DNA of 64,000 nt from the human T2T-CHM13v2.0 reference genome, Homo sapiens, in assembly GCF_009914755.1 (NCBI RefSeq), contig NC_060944.1; one strand, written 5' to 3'. The notes beneath the pieces were generated by a model, which did no database searches, was not told the DNA's origin, and saw only the letters and a list, made by a program, of their open reading frames with translations. Shown piece by piece: positions 54,581-64,000 of this stretch. The translations under genes were made by a program, and so were the position numbers. Each line of letters begins with the position of its first letter. Within the stretch, counting starts at the first letter, position 1.

Positions 54581-54989
54581 GGTATCACTTCAGGAACAAA
54601 TATAGTACATGTTTACTTCCTGAGTGAAAGGCTTCTCAATACCACATGGAGGAGAGACAAACTCTCCAGGCTCAGCCCTACTCAAATTCCTAACCCACAG
54701 CAATCCAACAGTCATTGTTTCCAGCTATTAAGTTTTTAGTCATCAGTAAATCAGGGACTCTAGTGATGAATTTTCCCCTCCCAACCCAAAGCCATGTTCC
54801 ATCTAGCCGTGGAATTCTTGTGGACCATCCCTGGAGGTTTTCCATTGTGTATCGCCATGCAATCTCAGCTTTCCTTCACAACGGATGCATCCATCATTTC
54901 CCTCTGCCCTCTCAGACTTTCTTCCAAGGGTCATGTAGCTTGGAGGCTGTTGACTCCACATTGACCCCAGCCTGTTCTGAATTCTTCAG

Positions 54990-55254
54990 GTCACCATAGA
55001 GGTGGTCGACGGTCCTGACTCTGAAGCAGATAAAGATCAGCATCCGGAGAATAAGCCCAGCTGGTCAGTCCCATCCCCCGACTGGCGGGCCTGGTGGCAG
55101 AGGTCCCTGTCCTTGGCCAGGGCAAACAGCGGGGACCAGGACTACAAGTACGACAGTACCTCAGACGACAGCAACTTCCTCAACCCCCCCAGGGGGTGGG
55201 ACCATACAGCCCCAGGCCACCGGACTTTTGAAACCAAAGATCAGCCAGAATATG
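54990..55254 (+). CDS. ISM1: Isthmin-1 coding exon 3 (265 nt, phase 0-1): [25 protein letters not shown]...[11 protein letters not shown]
   Basis: Acceptor attcttcag|GTC, donor ATG|gtgagt. Continues exon 2 in frame (NIQ|VTIEVV) and overlaps track ORF 55002..55271. Confidence 0.97.
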
Positions 55255-55789
55255 GTGAGTTTACCACCTAGTAATATAAAATTGGTGGGAAGAATAAACG
55301 AGGATGATGCCTTGGACATGGAGCCAAGCAAAACCCTGCTTAGAGCATGTGGCTTTTGGTCTTCTGTGAGGCAAACCTCACAAAGGCTGTCTTCCGCAGA
55401 AGCCCAAAGGAGGCACCAGCAGCCACATTTTTCTGGAAAGACTATAATTTTAAATCAAATCATAATCACTATACCAATTATCCGAAGAGATAATTTTTTT
55501 AGGATCTTTGGGGTTCTTTCTGCCTCCCCCGCCCCTCAAATTTCAGTTTTATTTCTAAAAATGAAGAAATTCTCCAATTAACTTCCTTGTATTTTTTACT
55601 GTAAAAATTCATCCTGAAAATCAGTGTAGTAAAAGAGATACGTACGGCTGCTTCCTTTGACCAGGCAACTGTGTTATGTTTGATACTGGCAGTGGAGTGG
55701 TCCTTGGGAACCCACATGTCTCAGGTCTTCAAAGTAACCCCCCCCCCCAATACATTTCAAAACTCCAAGTTGGGAGATCTGGTTTCCTG

Positions 55790-56190
55790 TGTTTTGGGAG
55801 TAGGATAAGTGAGGTAACACCTTCCAAATTCAGTGAGTTAAAATAATAAAAGTTCATTTCTCACTTGAGTTGGGTAGGAGAACTCAGCTCCACTCAGTCA
55901 TTCAGGGATCCAGCCTCCTCCCATTTTGGAGTTCCACCAACTGTTAGGGCCTGAGAGTTATCCCCTGGATATTCTGTGTCCAGCTGGTGTCCAGGGAAAG
56001 AAAGGGAGCCTGGAGAAGGAACACACACTCGTAAGGCCCTCAGCCTGGAGGTGACACACATCAGATCTACCGAAATTCTGTTGGGAAGACCTGGTCACAT
56101 GGCCCCACCTTGGTGCAAGGGAGGCTGGGAAATGTATTCTCTGTGTGTCCAAGAAAAAGAGGAACCCAATTTGGCAAGCATCTGGCCAGA
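55790..56190 (-). mobile_element. MLT1 LTR
   Basis: cagtcattcagggatccag...ggtcacatggccccaccttggtgcaagggaggctgggaaatgta. Confidence 0.75.
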
Positions 56191-56459
56191 TTTTGTGGGG
56201 AATCAGGCAGTTTGTTATAAGGATATTTAATGTCTTACAAATGCACCCATCGTCATGATTTTCTTGTGGCTTCACCATCAGTGGACTTTGGAATGAGCAG
56301 TATATGAAGGGGATGACTTGTCTTATACCATTTGCATGCTAACCTTAATCCCCATTTTTCAACAGATAGACCAATTGTATATTAGACAGTCATTTCTTCT
56401 CATTAATAGAGAATTCTAAGCAACTTGCAAAAGAACAAGACAAAAATATTTTTTTGCCA

Positions 56460-56680
56460 CATCATCAGTTGTTCAACCAACATTTATTAAGAGCAAATGC
56501 TGTGTCCAGCACTATGCTGGGTACAAAAATGAGCAAGGCATAGTCTGTCCCCAGAACAGATCTCACCAATCTGTGGACCAAGGGAGAAAATTAACCAACA
56601 GAGCAAGATAGTGCCATGGTAGAGATGTACATCAAATGCCAGGGGAACTGAAAGAGAACTCTAGAAGGGATGTCTCTTCT
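56460..56680 (-). mobile_element. L2 3' fragment
   Basis: ttcaaccaacatttattaagagcaaatgctgtgtccagcactatgct. Confidence 0.65.
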
Positions 56681-56754
56681 AGCCAGCAGGCTCATGAAAC
56701 CTTCACCTTTCCCAAAGGAAGTCAAGTTATCTGCTTTCCAAGAGGAAAGACGGG

Positions 56755-56985
56755 ATAATAGCCAACATTTAAATAGTACTTACCATGCACTAGTCCCTGT
56801 TCATGGCGTTTCACATATACTATTTCATTAAATCAGCTCTCTGAAGCAGATACTGCACTTTACAGATGGGAAAACTAAAGCCTGGAAAACTTAAGCAATT
56901 TAACCTGGAGGGCTAAGACCTGAGATTCACCCCAGGCAGTCTGGGTCCAGAATCTGTCCTCTTGACCACTATACAATTCTGCCTT
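56755..56985 (-). mobile_element. MIR
   Basis: aataatagccaacattta...ttttacagatgggaaaactaaagcct. Confidence 0.8.
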
Positions 56986-57172
56986 TCTGGGGAAAAAAGT
57001 AGCACACCACTTAGGACAGTAGAAGGATCTAGAAATGAGTGCTTAGGTTGGAAGATAGGAATGGGAGGAAAAGATCAGCGCCACTGAGTGAGAGAAGCAC
57101 AGAGGACCGCTTGATGCCAGCCTGAGATTGCACAGCGTTTGTGGCTTCACCTGTTTGCCCAGCCCACACAGA

Positions 57173-57760
57173 ACGTTGTTTCTACGAGTAGAGCTCAGAC
57201 ACCTGGCATCAGAATCATTCAGTTGCATGTTTAAAAATGCCAATTCTGGGCTGCAGCCCCTTCCTTATGTACCAGTAGTCCTCAAAGTGTGGCCCCCAGA
57301 ACCAGCACCACTAGCATCACGTGGAAATGCAAATGTTTCAAGCCTGACTCCAGACCTACTGAGTCAGAAACTCTGGAGTGGGACCCAGAAATCCGTTTGA
57401 ACAAGCCCTCCAGGCACTCTGCTGCATTGCGCACCTCTGTTTGAGATGAATGGTTCTCCACCTTGATTGCTCATTATACTCACCTGGGGAATTTTTTTTT
57501 CAATCCCGATGCCTAGACTTCTCCCCAGACCAGTTGAATTGGGATCTCTGAATATGGGTCCCAGGCATCGTTGTCTTTTAAAGCTCCGAGGATGACTTCA
57601 TTGTTCAGCCCGGGTTGAAGGCCACTGCTCTCCATCTCCTGAATGAGAAGGTCTAGAAGTGAGACCTGGAGTCTGTTGTTTGCATCTTTGTTTCTTTCCT
57701 TTTTCAATCAAGGTCACCAGATGATTCTCTTGCACACTGAAGTTTGAAGACCACCACTAG
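57173..57760. mobile_element. Nested MER5 cluster: two MER5A copies (about 57272-57445 and 57448-57628) inside an older MER5
   Basis: Repeated MER5 hallmarks (ctcaaagtgtggccc, cagacctactgagtcagaaactctg, gatgattctcttgcacactgaagtttga). Confidence 0.7.
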
Positions 57761-58082
57761 AAACAACTTTTTCATCTAAAGCCTTTACAGAGTACAGTTT
57801 GCTGAATTTATGAGCATTAAGAACACCCCCTCTATTTCCATCTTGAGGCTAGAATTTGCCCTGGGGCAGTTACTGTGGCTACCTCAGCCACCCTCACCCC
57901 CAGCCTCCTAGACCTAGAGTACCATTGAGCTCCTCACATCAGGAGCTCGTAGCATGCCTGGGCCATGGAGAAGCTCCATCCTGTATTATTTCAAAGTACC
58001 TCCTAGTATCTTCCCCATCATTAGACTGGACATCGGGATTGCTACTTTATAAATAAAGTCGTGTTCTGTGCAGTACCTCTAA

Positions 58083-58230
58083 AGCAGTGCTTCTCAGACT
58101 TTCATGTGCACATGAATAGCCCCGGGCCTTGTTAAAATGCACCTTCGATGCAATAGGTATAAGAAAAGGGCAGAAGCCTGGGCGAAGCTGAGACTGCTAG
58201 CCCTCCGACCACACTTTGAGTAGCAAAACT
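58083..58230. mobile_element. MER5B-like element within an L2 3' end
   Basis: cagtgcttctcagactttcatgtgcacatgaat...gaccacactttgagtagca. Confidence 0.75.
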
Positions 58231-58363
58231 CTACGCCCATTGTAGGTGCTCAGTAGCATTTGGCAGAATGAATGAATGAGTGATCATTGCTTCCCAGGAT
58301 AGCCCACATTCTGGAATTCATCTTTTCCGGAATTCCATACAGCATCAGATAAACTGAGAATTC

Positions 58364-58931
<568 letters not shown>

Positions 58932-59309
58932 TGATGCTGTGAGTCAGCTCAACTGTGGAAAGTATGTGTTTGAGATGCTGCATTTTAAATCTCTTCTGTA
59001 TAGATACTTGGGGTATCCAGGGCAAAGGGAGAGTTCCAAATAAATATGTTTTGGTCTAACAGTAGTATACCATTTCCAGAATTGTTTAGAATAGCCCACA
59101 TAATGAAATTACATAAGTACTGCTTATTGTTACTTGGGTTAGGACCCAGTTGAAATTCTCTAACTGGTCATAACCCTATTTTAATAGATTTCACAGTGAT
59201 TTTTTTTCAGTGGTTTTCCTTTATAATGTTTAATTATGGCCACGTAAGAGCGTATCTTAAAGCCAGAGCAACGTGGGCCAGAATCAAAACTGCTAGAATA
59301 CCAAGCTAT

Positions 59310-59540
59310 GGAACAGGATACGGTGGGAGCAGACAGATCTTAGATCTAATTCCAGCTCAGCCAAGCTTCACCTGTGTGACCTTAGGCAAGTACCTTAACC
59401 TCTCTGAGCCTCAGTCTCCCTGCCCATAAAAAGAGGATGTTTCCACCTACCTCACAGGGTTGTTGTAGGAGTTAAATCAGTAGATCGACAGGGCAGCTGG
59501 TTAAAGCAAGCCCTCAGTAATCGGTAGACACTGTCATCTA
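59310..59540 (+). mobile_element. MIR
   Basis: ctgtgtgaccttaggcaagtaccttaacctctctgagcctcagt. Confidence 0.85.
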
Positions 59541-60310
59541 GGATTAGTGGTGCAGGTTTACTAGTGGCCAAGTCAAGACCCAAGTCACTTCAGTTGCCCC
59601 ACCACTATGACTGGCCCACAGGACGCTAGTGCCCTGAAACTAAGAAAGGACTACTTTAAAACTCCAGCGGCATCCTTGAAACCCAGCTCTCAGCCCACTG
59701 CACTCGGGATAGTTTTATTTCCTCCTTGAGTTATTTGATGTCACAGCCAGGGGCTGTCAAAGCACCATATAGATGCTCCCAGGAACTGTTTTTTCCTGCC
59801 GTTGTCATTATCTTTGTGATTATAGCTGCTCACATTCATTTTCTGCTCTGGGCAGTGGCCCCTGGTAGGTGAGCAACTGAGAACAGGCTTGTTTTATTAT
59901 AGCAGAAAGGAGCACTGCCCTCAATGATTTGTCCCTGTCAGAAATGCCCGTTCTGTTCTTTGAAGACATTAAACAAATAGAAATCCCCAAGAGGAGGGTC
60001 TTTGCCGGGACATTGATGGGGGCCCGTGTGCTGTGAAAGCTTCAGGGGAGTGAGCTCACATACATACTTCTTCCTAGGAGGCAGTTTCACTTCACTGTCA
60101 GCCTCAATAGAAATAATTAGCCACATGGCGAGTTCTATGCCTAACTTTGGGGGACCCATATGAAAAAAATGTTTGGAAATAAAATGGCTTTGTGAGCATT
60201 TAAAATAAAGATGTGGAGAAAGCCACTTACTGCAATAATAAATCCTTGATGGCTTCAGAGTCTGGCAGCTGTCTAGAGAGTATATTTTAGGGAGGATTTT
60301 ATGGGGTATT

Positions 60311-61095
<785 letters not shown>

Positions 61096-62462
61096 TTAAC
61101 ATTTAATAATTTAGATCCAAGAAACTATAACAAGAAAGTGCCTCATGCAGGGATTCCAACACAAGAGAGTTTAATGCTAAAATACATAGTTTAATGCTAA
61201 AATCTCAAAGTTCAGGGGTGATGTCTCTCCAAATTTGCTCTCTACATTGCAATAATGGAGAGGCCAGGCTGCATGAGATTTCTGGATAGTGGAGGTCCCT
61301 TTGCTTTTGCAAAGCCAAGAACACCATTTGGCATCATTGGGTTATGTCTTATGCTGGTACCCACCCCACAGGTGATGCAAACTCTACCTAGGGGATTTAA
61401 TAAGATTTCTTCTGACTTACTCATTCCCCCTTTTTATGAGTATAAAAACATTATAATCTTTACTTTTGACCTTTTTTTAGCTGTTATTCCCTTTAACAAA
61501 ATCTGGCCTCGGTGGTGTGTGCAGGATGTGACTGGGTGAGTGCTCATGTGCGTATGACCCGCTGCACCTGGATGCTTCTCTGACAAGTGTGCAATTGTGT
61601 GCTTGTTCCAGGCACCTCTCTGGTGCCCTTGGGGAGGTGACTGAGAGACACCAGACTGCAAAGTTCTCGGTGGGAGCAGCGACTGCTCCTACCTGAGTGG
61701 TTTCTCCATCCAGAAGCAACTTGTTTCTCCAGTCCTACTGTGTGATACCCAATAAGAGATGGTAGAGAGGAAAGAAGCTAATGCCAGGGAAGGCAGCCGA
61801 ATTTCCTGACACAGAGCATTAGTTTCAAGCATCTGCTTAGCTGAGTGGTTGGAAAACCATTTCTTAGGAGAAAAATCAAAGTTCAGAAAAATTCTTTTTG
61901 GGGGATTGGGAGGAAAATAGATGGGGCCTCGGGGGGCAGATAAGATGGGAGCAAGCTCTCCACTCAGAGTTAGGGAGGAGGACACAACCATGAAATCCAC
62001 CCCCCACCACCCCGCTCCTCCAATTCCACTTAGTGGACTGAGGAGGCTCCACAGCCCTGTGTTTGCCTGAGGCATGTTCAGAGTGAATGCCATGTAAACA
62101 ACAGCCTGGAAGGCTGGCACGGGCCCACATTTCAGGTAGAAACATGTGTGGACTACATTCCTGCTGGGCCTATGTAATAACAATCGCCACGACCTGTTAT
62201 GAACAGAGGGTACTCCCTCCCGGCAAGGGGCATGCCTTTAGCTCCACGCTTGGCAGCAGCAGAGGGCCCAAGGCCATAGGAAGATCTGGGTAAACCAGGA
62301 GAAACTGTCACAGAGCAGAGGTACTGCAGAAAGAATCACGCTTTAGAGAGAAAGGGCTTGGTACCAGAGCCCTGCTTTCCTTTCTGTTAACCCAGTGACC
62401 TTGAACCAGGCATCCTACCACTCCAAGACTTTACTTTGATAAGAGGAACTCAGTTTGATAGG

Positions 62463-62821
62463 TGTATTAGTCTATTCTCATACTGCTCATGAAGACATAC
62501 CCGAGACTGGGTAATTTATAAAGGAAAGAGATTTAATGGACTCACAGTTCCACATGGCTGGGGAGGCCTCACAATCATGGTGGAAGGCAAAGGAAGAGCA
62601 AAGGGACATCTTACATGGTGTCAGGCCAGGGAGAGTTTGTGCAGGGGAACTCCCATTTATAAAACCATCAGATCTCGTGAGACTTATTCACTGCCACGAA
62701 AACAGCATGGGGAAACTGCCCCCATGATTCAGTTATCTCCAGCTGGCCCCACTCTTGACACATAGGAATTATTACAATTCAAGGTAAGATGTGGGTGGGG
62801 AGACAGAGCCAAACCATATCA
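62463..62821 (-). mobile_element. Complete solo THE1 LTR (THE1D-like, 359 bp)
   Basis: TG...CA termini and a perfect 5-bp TSD ATAGG at 62458-62462 and 62822-62826. Confidence 0.96.
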
Positions 62822-62879
62822 ATAGGGTACCACCCTCTCCCACACCTCTCACCTCCAAGCCCCCCTATTTCCTGGCCTA

Positions 62880-63100
62880 CTTTTCCTTTTTGCACACCAC
62901 TCATCAATTTCTAACATGCCATCTAATTCACTTGTTTTTTGTGTTTATTGATGATTGTTTCTCTTTTCTCACTAAAATATTAGTTCCTCCAAGGCAAGGA
63001 TCTTTGAAAGTTGTACTTAATAGTGTATCTCATATACCAAGAATTGTGCCTGACATACAAAAAGGGTTCAATAGGTATTCACTGGATGGATGTTGAATAA
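62880..63100 (+). mobile_element. L2 3' fragment
   Basis: aagaattgtgcctgacatacaaaaagggttcaataggtatt. Confidence 0.6.
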
Positions 63101-63136
63101 TGACCTTGAGGGATCATCTCTAGCTTCACCATTAAT

Positions 63137-63600
63137 GTATCGGTAATCTATTGCTACACGTAACAAAATATCCCAAAGTTGGTGGCTTAAAACAACAACC
63201 GTTTATTATTTCTCATGATCCTGTGGCTCAGGAGTTCAGGCAGGGCCACTGGGTAGGTACTCTGCTCCTGATGGCAACAGCTGCATTCAGCTGTCCACTG
63301 GGAATGGCTAGAAGGCTTGAGAAGGCTTTGCTCACATGTCTGGTGTCTGTAGTCCATGTGGCTCCTCTCTGTCCATGTGATGTCCCATAATTCACAGGTC
63401 TAGCATGGACATCTTTCACAGTAACTGGATTCCCCAAAGCAAAAGTCAGAAGCTGCCAGGCCTTAAGGTCAAGGCCAGCCCAGATTCTAGAGAAAATAGA
63501 TTCTCCTCTCTCTCTCTTTCTCTCTGTATGTCAATGAGAGGCTATAAGCACAGAGAGGGAAGGAACTGAGGGTGGTTACCTTTGGAAACTGCCTAGCATA
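63137..63600 (-). mobile_element. MLT1 LTR
   Basis: tgtatcggtaatctattgctacacgtaacaaaatatcccaaagttggtggcttaaaacaacaacc. Confidence 0.85.
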
Positions 63601-63808
63601 TTACCCCATGCTGTGCAAATGTATGCATTCTCAGTAAGTGTTTTCTGGGCACCTTCTAGGGATGTACAGACCACCACAGTGCCCAAAACCTCCTTGCTGT
63701 CACAAAGCTGATCCCTAAATGAGCCCTGGAGCTGTAAACCTTTTAGCTCCAGCTGAAAAGTCCTCTCCAGCAATCCCCTCCCACAGCGAGAAGGATAGAA
63801 GTGAATAA

Positions 63809-64000
<192 letters not shown>

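Noticed and set aside
55738-55748. C11 run in intron 3, and the C7/G5 runs in exon 3
   Set aside because: Slippage-prone homopolymers only. The exon 3 frame is intact.

Overview
Primate, almost certainly human, genomic DNA from inside the ISM1 (isthmin 1) gene on the + strand; from memory the gene lies at 20p12. The window holds about 45.8 kb of intron 1, coding exon 2 (45811-46050), exon 3 (54990-55254) and the first 116 nt of exon 4 (63885-64000, start of the thrombospondin type-1 repeat). The three exons have canonical AG/GT boundaries and splice in frame into the ISM1 sequence I recognise. The signal-peptide exon and the AMOP-domain exons lie outside the window. The rest is intron with ordinary repeats: about 18 Alus, old L1, L2 and L3 pieces, MIRs, MLT1, THE1, LTR16 and LTR33 LTRs, MER5, MADE1 and microsatellites. 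Nearly all ORFs in the supplied track are repeat-derived or chance ORFs. I found no evidence for a new multi-gene system. The best leads are: (1) exon 2 sits at a switch in Alu orientation and, if circularised, carries an AUG-initiated ORF with no stop; (2) a near-consensus CTCF site bracketed by a local direct duplication; (3) a GC-box/G-quadruplex element in intron 2; (4) several small templated duplications and perfect palindromes; (5) an in-frame alternative acceptor at exon 4. Repeat subfamily names and the boundaries of old repeats were called by eye and are approximate.
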